Source of the DNA: Malacoraja senta
Taxonomy: Eukaryota
Reading direction: 5' to 3'
Length of the DNA stretch: 64,000 bases
NCBI GenBank assembly: GCA_038087875.1
Contig: CM075997.1
Location: forward strand, 5,334,001-5,398,000
Part shown: piece after piece, positions 51,048-63,213 of the stretch
Numbering within the stretch: position 1 is the stretch's first letter
Layout: each line of letters begins with the position of its first letter
Position numbers and translations under genes: made by a program
The notes under the pieces: generated by a model
The model's database searches: none
Told to the model about the DNA's origin: nothing
Seen by the model: the letters and a program-made list of their open reading frames with translations, nothing else

Positions 51048-51535
51048 TAGCTGAATAACCTAATGCTGCTCCCATTACTTATGAACATGAAAAGGGCCTG
51101 TTTCCATGCTGAATGTTTCTCTGCAACTGTTACATTCTCACTGTGTCTGGCTGCTTACTTTTTATGCGGCTGCAGTCAGTCTATATTCTGCCACACACTG
51201 ATCTGAGCTTGAACATGGTGTAGAAGCAGGTAACTGCGACTACCCCAGTCCTCCACAACCCAGGAGATCTTCATCTCCCGGTCCTTCCACCACTCTCGTC
51301 TCTGGACCAGCTGAGGGAGGACCCATGGCCTCATCTCCTTCACCACCCCCCACTTCCACCCGCACACCTCCAGATTCAGGGACAGTTTCTTCCCAGCTGT
51401 TATCAGGCAACTGAACCATCCTACCACAACCAGAGAGCAGTCCTGAACTACTATCTACCTCATTGGTGACCCTCGGACTATCTTTGATCGGACTTTGCTG
51501 GCTTTACCTTGCACTAAACGTTATTCCCTTATCGT

Positions 51536-52345
51536 GTGTGGTGTGGCGGCGTCTAACAGCAGCGGCTCGACTGCAGTCCGTCTGTCTATTTAAAAATTGT
51601 TTATTTTTGTCTCGTTAAATGTATGTTTTGTCTCTAGTTTTTATAATTTTTTTAGCTGAGTATATGTGGGGGGTGGGGGAAACCATTTAATCTCTTCCCT
51701 GTACGGGGACCCGACTTTTTCCCTGTCGGGTCTCCGATGTCGTTGGGCCTAGTTCCGTGCAGCCGGCGGCGGCCTCCGGCCGGTACAGCCCTGTCGGCTC
51801 CAGTTGCGGAACCTGCGGACTCACCATCGCGGAGCTGGCCGTCAGGGAGAGCTGTGGTGGCGCGCGGCGGCGACTGACTACGGAGCTTCGGAGGCTCCGG
51901 CCGCAGGCCCGGTGGACGGTAACATCGGGAGCTCGCAGGTCCCTGGTGGGAGACCGCTTTTTGGAGATCCCGCAACATCAACTTCTCCCGCTGGAATCGC
52001 GGGGTTTAAAGGACTCGGAGCGGGGCCAAACATCGCCCCGCTCGGCTTAACGGCCACGGAACTTACCATCGCCCACCGGGGGCTTTAACATCGTGAGCGC
52101 CAGTCGCCTCGACGCTGCAGTTGGACTGCTGGACCGCGGGAGAAGAACAAAGGGAAGAGAAGTGACTTTTGCCTTCCATCACAGTGAGGAGGTGTTGGAG
52201 ATTCACTGTGATGGATGTTTGTGTAAATTGTGTTAAGTGTGGGTCTTGGGTTATTTTGTAATGTAAGACTGTAGAAATGCAATTTCGTTCAAACCAAGCT
52301 GTTTGAATGACAATAAAAGTCATTCTATTCTATTCTATTCTATCT
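51536..52345 (+). mobile_element. GC/CpG-rich non-autonomous retroelement with AATAAA + (ATTCT)n tail, inserted in a Rex 3' UTR
   Basis: Rex UTR is collinear on both sides (51358-51535, 52346-52460); a similar piece lies reversed at ~58250-58555; no recognisable ORF. Confidence 0.6.
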
Positions 52346-52914
52346 ATCTGTACACTGTAAATGGGTCGATTGTAATCATGTATTGTCTTTCCCATGACTG
52401 GTTAGCACGCAACAAAGGCTTTTCACTGTACCTCGGTGCACGTGACAATAAACTACACTGAACCCTCACTGATCCAGACCGCCACGGACCCGGACATACC
52501 TACATCTTTGGAGGAACGCTGGAAGAATTGAGAGGAACCTACAGTGGTGGGGTGGTTTGGAACTATGGACCACAGAGATGGACCTCAGACCAGATGTTGC
52601 CTGGCTTTAGTTTAGTTTAGAGATACAATGTGGAAACAAGCCCTTCGGCCCACCGAGTCCAAGCCAACCAGCGATCACCTGCTCACTCTGGTTTTATGCT
52701 ATCACACTGCCTACACGTTAAGGGGACTTTATTTACAGAGGGCTAATTAACCTACAAACCCACACAACTTTGGGACATGGGAGGAAACTGGAGCATCCGG
52801 AGGAAACTCACAATTTCACAGGAAGAACATGCAAACTCCACACAGACTGGAGTCTCTGGTGCTGTGAGATAGCAGCTCTATCAGCTGTGCCACCGTGCCA
52901 CCACTAGTTCAGAA

Positions 52915-52983
52915 TGTCTCCGGCTGGTTACGAACCGGGGACCCCTCGTGTGTCGGGCGAGTGTGGTAACCACTACACTACAG
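52915..52983 (-). pseudogene. tRNA-Val-derived pseudogene (anticodon position reads GAC)
   Basis: Minus strand CTGTAGTGTAGTGGTTACCACACTCGCCCGACACACGAGGGGTCCCCGGTTCGTAACCAGCCGGAGACA aligns with recalled vertebrate tRNA-Val. It has stem mismatches, and its 5' end is hit by a SINE. Confidence 0.75.
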
Positions 52984-53301
52984 GTGGCCCGATGGCGCAG
53001 CAGTAGAGTTGCTGCCTCAAAGCGCCAGAGAGCCAGGTTCAATCCTGACTACGGGCGCTGTCTGTACGGAGTTTGTACGTTTTCCCCGTGACCACTTGGA
53101 GTTTTTCCGGGATCTCCGGTTTTCTCCCACACTCCAAACACGTACAGGTTTGTCAGTTAACTGGCTTCACTAAAACAAAACTGTAAATTGTCCCCAGTGT
53201 GTGTAGGACAGTGTTAGTGTACAGGCGATGGCTAGTCGGCATGGTCTCAGATGGCCCAAGGGCCTGTTTCTGCGCTGTATCTCTCAACTAAACTAAATTA
53301 A
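52983..53301 (+). mobile_element. tRNA-derived SINE with 11-bp TSD
   Basis: TSD ACTACACTACA (52972-52982, 53302-53312). Confidence 0.88.
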
Positions 53302-54924
53302 ACTACACTACACCTAGTGCCTGCTGCACTTTAACCTTTTCACTCATGAATGGGAGTCGGAGAATTCCTGGCCCAATTTATTCCTTCTGGTCTGAAGGTA
53401 GAACGTTGCGAGCTTGTTAAACTGCCAACAATACTCATTAGAGTCATAGAGTGATACAGTGCGGAAACAGGCCCTTCGGCCCAACTTGCCCACACTGGCC
53501 AACATGTCCCAGCTTCACTAGTCCCACCTGCCTGCACTTGGTCCATATCCCTCCAAACCTGTCCTATCCATGTACCTGTCTAACTGTTTCTTAAACGTTG
53601 GGATGGTCCCTGCCTTAACTACCTCAACTTGTTCCATCCACCCGCCACCCTCTGTGTGAAAAAGTTACCTCTCAGATTCCTATTAAATCTTTTCCCCTTC
53701 ACATTGAACCTATGTCCTCTGGTCCTCGATTCCCCTACTCTGGCCAAGAGATTCTGTGCATCTACCCGATCTATTCCTCTCAGGATTTTGTACACAAAAT
53801 CTACTCATTAGTAGAAATGATCGTCGGTACGGGACCACTTTTATAGTACTTTACGTTGGACAGTCAAGCTTAATCACAGCTTTCCATTAGCAGCAGAACG
53901 ATAAATTATACGTTACGCATTCCAGATCCAGTAAAACAACTCATCCCATGAACTCAGAACAGGATTGTCCACATTTCACTTATTCACGTTAGTGAGTTAA
54001 ATATAGTAATTATGTTTTAAGCTCATGCAGATGTTGGTTTTGTTTTGCTCTTAACGTCATCAAAAACTATTTGCTGACTTACTAATTGCAGCAACTTGCG
54101 ATAGAGACCTCACCCCCTAGGACGGTTCAGCATTTTATTCACCATGCGAACAATAATAATGCAACCTTTATAAGTTCATGTTCATGCTAATCGAGCAGAA
54201 TTAGGCCATTCGGCCCATCGAGTCTACTCCGCCATTCAATCATGGCTGATCTATCTCTCCCTCCTAACCCCATTCTCCTGCCTTCTCCCCGTAACCTCTG
54301 ACACTTGACCTAATCAAGAATAAGTCGGTGTTAACCTGTGAGCTGGCCTTGCATTCACTGTAGGAAGTAATCAGGGAACATTAAATATAAAACTATATGA
54401 ATTTGGGGTCGATACTAAAAGACTGGGGAAGTATCAGTGGTTGGAACCGAAGATAGACACCAAATGCTGGAGTAACTCAGCGGGACAGGCAGCATCTCTG
54501 GAGAGAAGGAATGGGTGACGTTTCAGGTCGAGACCCTTCTTCGGACCTATCAGTGGTTGTTGATGATATTGTGATAAATGCTTGATGTCATTTTCCAGAC
54601 TCAGCAATGTCGCTGGGTCAGACTGTAGGGATATTGGTTGCAGGGATGGAAGGGAGGGGATGGTGGGGGGATAAAAGGGAAATGAGGGGCTCAGGGATGG
54701 GAACTGAGTATACGGGGCGCTGAGAGGGGGGAAGAAGAGCAGGGTGACTGAGGAGGGAAGGTGAGAGAAGGTGGGAGAAATGGGTGTACACAGAGATGGG
54801 GGGGGCAGGGAAGGGAGAGGGGATCAGAGGGTATTAGGCAATAGAAAATAGACAATAGGTGCAGGAGTAGGCCATTCGGCCCTTCGAGCCAGCACCACCA
54901 TTCAATGTGATCATGGCTGTCCTC

Positions 54925-55340
54925 GCTAGAATTTAGAAGATTGAGGGGGGCTCTTATAGAAACGTACAAAATTCTTAAGGGGTTGGACAGGCTAGATGCA
55001 GGAAGATTGTTCCCGATGTTGGGGAAGTCCAGAACGCGGGGTCACAGTTTAAGGATAAGGGGGAAGTCTTTTAGGATGGAGATGAGAAAAACATTTTTCA
55101 CACAGTGAGTGGTGAATCTGTGGAATTCTCTGCCACAGAAGGTAGTTGAGGCCAGTTCATTGGCTATATTTAAGAGGGAGTTAGATGTGGCTCTTGTGGC
55201 TAAAGGGATCAGGTGGTATGGAGAGAAGGCAGGTACAGGATACTGAGTTGGATGATCAGCCATGATCATATTGAATGGCGGTGCAGGCTCGAAGGGCCGA
55301 ATGGCCTACTCCTGCACCTATTTTCTATGTTTCTATGTTT
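54925..55340 (+). mobile_element. CR1 LINE 3' fragment
   Basis: Homologous to the other CR1 3' ends. Confidence 0.8.
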
Positions 55341-56061
55341 CTATCATCCCCAATCAGTACCCGTTCCTGCCTTCTCCCCATATCCCCTGACTCCGCTATT
55401 TTTAAGAGCCCTATCTAGCTCTCTCTTGAAAGCATCCAGAGAACTGGCCTCCACCGCCCTCTGAGGCAGAGAATTCCACAGACTCACCACTCTGTGAGAA
55501 AAAGTGTTTCCTCGTCTTCGTTCTAAGCATTAGAGCATTGAATGCTCATACTGTTGGCTTGTGAGCTATTCAAGCATAATGTGAGGTACTACCTGCAGGG
55601 TGTGAGCTCAGGAGCCGCAGAGCTCGGCCCCGAAGACCGGAGAGATGGGGAAGAGGGAGCTGCTAGTGATGACGGGTGCGAGGAGTGGGCAGTTTGGAGA
55701 GGGACGGGGGTGATGCCTCCAGCGCCTGCAAGGTCGGCTGGGGGCCCGGAGGCGGTCAGGCGGGCGAGGAGAGGGAAGTCGGTCGGCAGGCCCAGCCGGT
55801 TGAGGGTGACGGAGGTAGGCCCTGCAGCAGCCTGGGGCTCGCCTGGATCATGACCCACTCCAGTACATCGAGCGCTTGGACCGGACTTTGGCCTTTTGTC
55901 AATGGCACCAAAACATGGCAAGTCGAGCATGTGCATGCCATGCAAAAAGGGTGTCACTGTGCAGTGCATACCTGACAATAAAGAACCATTGAACCATTGA
56001 ACCATCTGGTGTGCGTGCGGCCACACTCTGGTAATGGAGGTCAGTATGAGATAGACACTAA

Positions 56062-56382
56062 ATTTAGTTTAGTTTGGAGATACAGCGCGGAAACAGGCCC
56101 TTCAGCCTACCGAGTCTGCGCCGACCAGCGATCCCCGCACATTAACACTATCCTACACACACTCGGGACAATTTACATTTATACCAAGCCAATTAACCTA
56201 CAAACCTGTACGTCTTTGGAGTGTGGGAGGAAAGCAAACATCTCGGAGAAAACCCACGTGGTCACGGGGAGAACGTACAAACTCCGTACAGACAGCACCC
56301 GTAGTCAGGATTGAACCTGGGTCTCCGGCGCTGCATTCGCTGTAAGGCAGCAACTCTACCGCTGCGGCACCGTTGTCGCCCA
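56062..56382 (-). mobile_element. tRNA-derived SINE (HE1/V-SINE-like)
   Basis: Same consensus. Confidence 0.87.
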
Positions 56383-57046
56383 AATGCTAAAGTAATTTAG
56401 CGGGTCAGGCAACTTCTCTGTCGAGAAGAAATGGGTGACGGTTCGGGTTGAGACCCTTCAATGGGAAGGGGAATTAATGTCAGCAACCTGTGGGACTTAG
56501 CAACCAAGCAAATTCCTGGCAACATTTCAAGTGGTGAAACAGCCTCTCTGCAAGAACCTCTCCTCAATTGAAGTCTTCAGAGTGAAAATATCCATGCCCC
56601 TGCCCACAGGGACTGCCGGATGATGAAAGGTATTCCATTCTCACACACATTTACTGGTCATAAATCAACAGAGTGGTCCTTCAGGACATGATTTGGAAGG
56701 GTTTGTGGAAAGCCATGATTACTGCCACGTGAACGCAAACCAAACACCCTTGGATGGAAGCAAGCCAAGATGTGAAAAAACGTGCTAAAACTAAAAACGT
56801 GTTCAAACTAAAGAGTTCAGAGGGTTGCAACTCCCCACGACACACTTCCAAAGGAAGCTCTACCATTAGACGGCACGGTGGCGCAGCGGTAGAGTTGCTG
56901 CCTCACAGCGCCAGAGACCCGTGTCCGATCCTGGCTACAGGTGCTGTCAGTATGGAGTTTGTACGTTCTTCCCGTGACATGCGTTGGTTTTCTCCGGGTG
57001 CTCCGGTTTCCTCCCACACTCCAAAGACGTACAAGTTTGTAGATTA

Positions 57047-58680
57047 TGTGTAGGAAGGAATGCTAGTTTAAACCGAAGATAGACAGAAAAAGGTGGAGTA
57101 ACTCAGCAGGACAGGCAGCATCTCTGGAGAGAAGGAATAGGTGACGTCTCGGGTCAAGACCCTTCTTCAGACTGGTTAAGGATTAAGGGAAATGAGAGAT
57201 ATAGACCGTGATGTAGAGAGATAAAGAACAGTGAATGAAAGATATGCAAAAATAACAATGATAAAGGAAACAGGCCATTGTTAGCTGTTTGTGGGTGAGA
57301 ACAAGAAGCTGGTGTGACTTGGGTGGGGGAGGGATAGAGAGAGAGGGAATGCCGGGGCTACCTGTAGTGAGAGAAATCAATATTCACACCACTGGGCTGT
57401 AAGCTGCCCAAGCGAAATATGAGATGCTGTTCCTCCAATTTGCATTTAACCTCACTCTGACAATGGAGGAGACCAGGACAGAAAGGTCTGTGTGGGAATG
57501 GGAAGTAGAATTAAAGTGTCCAGCAACCGGGAGATCAGGTTGGTTCACGCGGACTGAGCGAAGGTGTTCCGCGAAACGATCGCCTGGTCTATGTTTGGTC
57601 TCGCCGATGTATAAGAGTCCACATCTTGAACAGCGTACTCAAGTTGTTGAAGTTGTGCACTCTTAAGGCCCTGTCCCACTTTCACGCCCAAATTCACCAC
57701 CTTTTTTACTCGTGGACATTTTTCATCAGGCTAGAAAAACGCCCCGACCTCCTTGATGCCACGAGTACCTACGAGCATCACGCCTGCTACGACCTCGTGA
57801 TGACCATGCTGCGAGTATGAGTCAAGGGCAAACTCGGCAGAGGTCGTGAATTAGGTTGTGAAAGTGAGACAGGCCTTTTAGTCTTCTGAGTCTTAAGACT
57901 CTTAGTCATAGTCTTCTTCAGTCTGAAGAAGGGTCTCGACCTTCTCTCCATAGATGCTGCCTTGCCCACTGAATTACTCTAGCATTTTTTGTCTACCAAC
58001 AGATACAGTAGATGAGTTTGGAGGAGATGCAAGTGAACGTCTGCCTTACCTGAAAGGACTTTCGGGGTTCCTGGACAGTCAAGGGAGGAGGTGTTGCATC
58101 TTCTGCGGTTGCTCGGGAAGTTATCTGGGGAGGAGGTGGTTTGGGTGGGAAGGGATGAGTTGAGGTTTCAAGGTGTCAAGGTTAGATCATGATCACATGT
58201 ACCAATTAAGGTACAGTTAAATTCAAATTACCATACAGCCTTACTCCACGATGTTAAAGTCCGCAGGCTCCCGCGGTTGGAGCTCCCGAACTCGGTCTCC
58301 AGCAAGAGGCCGCCAACTCCTAAATGTTCGGCTGCAGTGCGGACGGAGATACGATACGGAAAAAAATCACATCTCCGTCGAGGTGAGAGATTTTTAAACG
58401 TTTCCACCAAACCCCAACCCCCATCCCCCAACCCCCATCCCCCACACAAAATAAGCTAAAGAACACTAAAACATACATTTAACACATACGATCAAACAAC
58501 AAAGAAAGAAGGAACAGACAGACTGTTGGCGAGGTAGTCATTGCTGGTGCCACCCTAGTTAACCAGGGAGTTGCGGAGGGGGGGGGGATCGGTCTCTGCG
58601 GAAGGCGCAAAGGGGGGGAGATGCGAAGATGTGACTAGTGTTGGGATCCCGCTGGAGTTGGTGAAAATTTCAGAGGAATT
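57047..58680 (-). mobile_element. Penelope-like fragment interrupted by a MITE and other repeats
   Basis: Collinear pieces at 57047-57635, ~58000-58162 and ~58560-58678. Confidence 0.7.
57666..57877. mobile_element. PIF/Harbinger-type MITE
   Basis: Reverse-orientation relative of 1955-2192; TTA TSD (57663-57665, 57878-57880). Confidence 0.85.
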
Positions 58681-59317
58681 GGCTTTGGTAAAGATTCTAA
58701 ATTGTCCCCAGTGTGTGTAGGATGGGGATCATTAGTCGGCGCAGTTTCCATGCTGTATCTGTAAACTAAACTAAACTAAGCTTGCCACATGCCTTCTACA
58801 TTCTCATGTTCCACCAGTGTTACATCTTTTGAAAGAACTATGTACTTGTACCCCTTAGGGTTCCCTGTTCCACAACACTCCCCAGGGCCTTAACATTTAC
58901 TGTGTTTGTCCTGTCCTGCTTTAACTAGGAGGTGGCACAATGGTGCAGCTGGTAGAGCCACTGCTTCACAGCGGCAGAGACCCAGGTTCAATCCAACGTC
59001 GGGTGCTGTCTGTGTGGAGTTTGCACGTTCTCCCTGTGACCGCCATGGTTTCCTCCCACATCCCAAAGACGTGCAGGTTTGTGGGTTAAATTGCTTCAGG
59101 TGTGTGGATGAGAGAGTGGCGTAACATGGAATTTGTGTGAACGAGTGATCAATGGTCAGCATGGACTCGGTGGGCCGAAGGGACTGTGTCCATGCTGCTT
59201 CTCGAAAATAAGGTTGCAAAATGGCCGGATATAGTTGTATCAATTCAGAATGACGTAAAGCCGAATCAATTTCTTTTATTAATGCTGTGACTTCAGAATG
59301 AAGCAGCATTTGATACA

Positions 59318-60120
59318 CTATGCTCAGTTTGGGAAATCCTGCTATAGGAAGGATGCTATTAAGCTGGACGGTGCAGAGAAGATTTACAAGGATGTTGCCA
59401 GGACTCGAGGGCCTGAGCTATAGGGAGAGGCTGGGCAGGCTAGGACTTCATTCCTTGGAGCGCAGGAGGATGAGGGGTGATTTTTTTTATCATGAGGGCA
59501 ATAGATAGGGTGAATGCACCTTACATATTTTACCAGGATAGAAGATTCAAAAACCAAAGGATATGGATGTAAGGAGGCAAGAGTCCAAACCCGAGGGGCA
59601 ACTTTTTTACTCAGAAAGTGGTGGGTAAACGGAATGAGCTGCCAGAGGAGGTAGTATAGGCAGGTGCTATAACAGCATTTAAAAACTAATGCAGAAAAGG
59701 TGTATGGTTAGGAAAGGTTTAAAAGGGGGGACCTTATAGAAACATATAAAATTATAAAAGGACTGGACAAGCTAGATGCAGGAAAAATGTTCCCAATGTT
59801 GGGCGAGTCCAGAACCAGGGGCCACAGTCTTAGAATAAAGGGGAGGCCAATTAAGACTGAGGTGAGAAAAAACTTTTTCACCCAGAGAGTTGTGAATTTG
59901 TGGAATTCCCTGCCACAGAGGGCAGTGGAGGCCAAATCACTGGATGGATTTAAGAGAGAGTTAGATAGAGCTCTAGGGCCTAGTGGAATCAAGGGATATG
60001 GGGAGAAGGCAGGCACGGGTTATTGATTGGGGACGATCAGCCATGATCATATTGAATGGTGGTGCTGACTCGAAGGGCCGAATGGCCTCCTCATGCACCT
60101 ATTTTTGATGTTTCTATGTT
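59318..60120 (+). mobile_element. Two CR1 LINE 3' fragments (nested or adjacent)
   Basis: VQRRFTRMLPGLEGLSYRERL; 59725-60120 is near-identical to the 3' end of 46921-49392. Confidence 0.8.
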
Positions 60121-60656
60121 TAGAGGTTTACAGACTAAACACATATCAATGGGACTAGCTTAGATGGGGCATCTTGGTCGGGCTGGGCCATAGGGCCTGC
60201 TTCCATACAGCTTTCTTCCCCCCTACTCTAATCAGTCTGAAGTAGGGCCTTGACCTGATACGTCATCTGCCCACGGCCTTCACAGGTGCTACCTGACCCA
60301 CTGAGTTCTTCCAGCACTTTGTGTTTTGCTGAGGATTCCAGCATCTGCAGTTCCCTGTGTCGCCATCTTTACTTGGTTTCTATTTGTTCCCAAACTTCAT
60401 CATGGTTGACAAAGCATAAAACAGGACAAACAAAAAATGCTGGAGTAACTCAGTGGGACAGGCAGCATCTCTGGAGAGAAGGAATGGGTGACGTTTCGGG
60501 TCGAGACCCTTCTTCAGTTTCGATCTGAAACGTCACCCGTTCCTTCTCTCCAGAGATGCTGCCTGTCCCACTGAGTTACTCCAGCTTTTTGTGTCTATCT
60601 TTGGTTTAAACCAGCATCTGCAGTTCCTTCCTAGACTCTGCTTATACCTGTATCTA

Positions 60657-61205
60657 AGAGTTCAAGTGAGTTTATTGTCATGTGTCCCTGATAGGACAAT
60701 GTCATTCTTGCTTTGCTTCAGCACAACAGAACATAGTAGGCATGAATACAGAACAGATCAGTGTGTCCATATACCATTATATAAATATATACACACATGA
60801 ATAAATAAACTGATAAAGTGCAAATAAACAGATTAGTGGCTATTAATGTTCAGAGTTTCGTCCAAGCCGAGTTTAATAGCCTGATGGCTGTGGGGAAGCA
60901 GCTATTCCTGAACCTGGTCGTTGCAGTCTTCAGGCTCCTGTACCTTCTACCTGAAGGTAGCGGGGAGATGAGTGTGTGGCCCGGATGGTGTGGGTCCTTG
61001 ATGATACTGCCAGCCTTTTTGAGGCAGCGACTGCGATAGATCCCCTCGATGGAAGGGAGGTCAGAGCCGATGATGGACTGGCCAGTGTTTACTACTTTTT
61101 GTAGTCTTTTCCGCTCCTGGGCGCTCAAGTTGCTGAACCAAGCCACGATGCAACTGGTCAGCATGCTCTCTACTGTGCACCTGTAGAAGTTAGAGAGAGT
61201 CCTCC
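60657..61205 (-). mobile_element. Rex1/Babar-type LINE 3' fragment
   Basis: Near-identical to 23492-24055. Confidence 0.88.
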
Positions 61206-61394
61206 AATCCAGGAAGCATTCTGGTGAACCTCTTCTGCACCCTCTCCAAAGCCTCCACGTGCTTCCTGTAATGGGGCGAACGGAACTGCACGCAATACTC
61301 CAAACACTGCCTAACCAATGACCAATAAAACTGCAACATGACTGCCTGACCCATGTACGCATCGCCACGACCTGCTAAGGTGATCATATGCCTT

Positions 61395-61693
61395 TTTTAG
61401 TTCAGAGAAACAGCGCTGAAACAGGCCCTTCGGCCCACCCAGTCCGCACCGCCAGCGATCCCCGCACACTAACACTATCCTACACACACTAGGGACAATT
61501 TTGCCGAAGCCAATTAACCTACAAACCTGTACGTCTTTGGAGTGTGTGAGGAAACCGGAGCACCTGGAGGAAACACACATGGTCACAGGAAGAACATACA
61601 AACTCCGTACAGACAGCACCCATAGTCAGGATCGAACCCGTGTCCCTGGCGCTGTGAGGCAGTAACTGTTCCTCTGCGCCACCGTGCCGCCCA
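61395..61693 (-). mobile_element. tRNA-derived SINE (HE1/V-SINE-like)
   Basis: Same consensus. Confidence 0.85.
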
Positions 61694-62827
61694 CTAATCT
61701 TTGGTTTATTCCAAACGGTTTTCCTCTCACATTGATTTAGGTCTCGACCCGAAACGTGACCCATTCCGTCTCTCCAGAGATGCTGCCTGTACCACTGAGT
61801 TACTGCAGAATAAATGTATTCCTGTATAAAAAGGAACAGGATCAAGGATGCCTTCTGAGGCTTAGAGGAATGGGTGTACAGCTATTAATTGACAAGGTAA
61901 GTACCTTGGAGTTTGGAGTAGTAACGTGCAAACTGGAGTTTGAATCACGGCCCCAGATCTGGGGAATTTAATCCAGAATAAACAGCCTGCATGAGTAATG
62001 GTGATGACGAACTCACAGACTGTTATAAAATCCCATTTGTTGTGCTAATATTTCTTCAAGAGAAGGATATCTGTCATTTTTAAAGTGTTTGGCCTATTAA
62101 TAATTCTGGAGACATTGCAATATGATTTTCTCTTGCCTGGTCTTGGAAACTGCCCAGCAAGCATCTCGGTTCCATCAAACTATTAAAAGGATGCACAGTA
62201 AGAATAGAATTGGCCAGAGCCAGCACTGTATATGCAGCTCGCTATGGCTTTCTCAAGGCTAATTGGAACTCGGAAAGGATGAGGAATTTGGTTTCTCAGA
62301 ACCGAGACCATAGAACATAAAACAGTACAGTTTGGGGGGGCACGGTGGCGCAGCGGTAGAGTTGCTGCCTCACAGCGCCAGAGACCCGGGTTCAATCCTG
62401 ACTACGGGTACTGTCTGTACGGAGTTTGTACATTCTTCCTGAGACCGTGTGGGTTTTCTCCGAGATCTTCGGCTTCTTCCCACACTCCAAAGACTTAGAG
62501 GTTTGTAGTTTAATTGGCTTGGGTAAAATTGTAAATTATCCCTAGTGTGTAGGATGGCGTTGGTTCAAGATTCAAGAGAGTTTATTGTCATGTGTCCCTG
62601 ATAGGACAATGAAATTCTTGCTTTGCTTCAGCACAACAGAACATAGTAGGCATGAATACAGAACAGATCAGTGTGTCTATATAGGGAGAATCACTGGTCA
62701 GCGCAGACTCGACGGGCCGATGGGCCTGTTCCCACGCCGTATCTCGAAACTACAGTTCAGGAAAAGGTTCTTTGGCCCACAATGTCCGTGCTGAAGATGA
62801 TGTCAAGTTCTAATGGATTTTAGTGTC

Positions 62828-63213
62828 ATTTAGTTTAGCTATACAGCACGGAAGAAGACCCTTCAGCTCCACCGAGTCCGCACCGACCAGTGATTCCTGC
62901 ACACTAACACTATCCCACACACTAACACTATCCCACACACTAACACTATCCCCACACACTAACACTATCCTACACACACTAACACTATCCTACACACACT
63001 AGGGATAATTTACAATTTTTAACTGAAGCCAATTAACATACAAATCTGTACGTCTTTGGAGTGTGGAAGGAAACCAGAGCACCCGGAGAAAACCCACGCA
63101 GTGACAGGAAGAACATACAAACTCCGTACAGTCAGCACTTGTAGTCAGAATTGAACCTGGGTCTCTGGCGCTGTAGGAAAGGAACTCTACTGCTGCGAGA
63201 CCCTGCCGCCCCT
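62828..63213 (-). mobile_element. tRNA-derived SINE with an internal ~18-21-bp tandem expansion (62900-63000)
   Basis: ACACTAACACTATCC(C/T)ACAC x5. Confidence 0.85.

Noticed and set aside
51652..52323. Overlapping GC-rich ORFs / CpG-island promoter
   Set aside because: Lies within a tailed retroelement inserted in a Rex 3' UTR; the ORFs reflect GC content.
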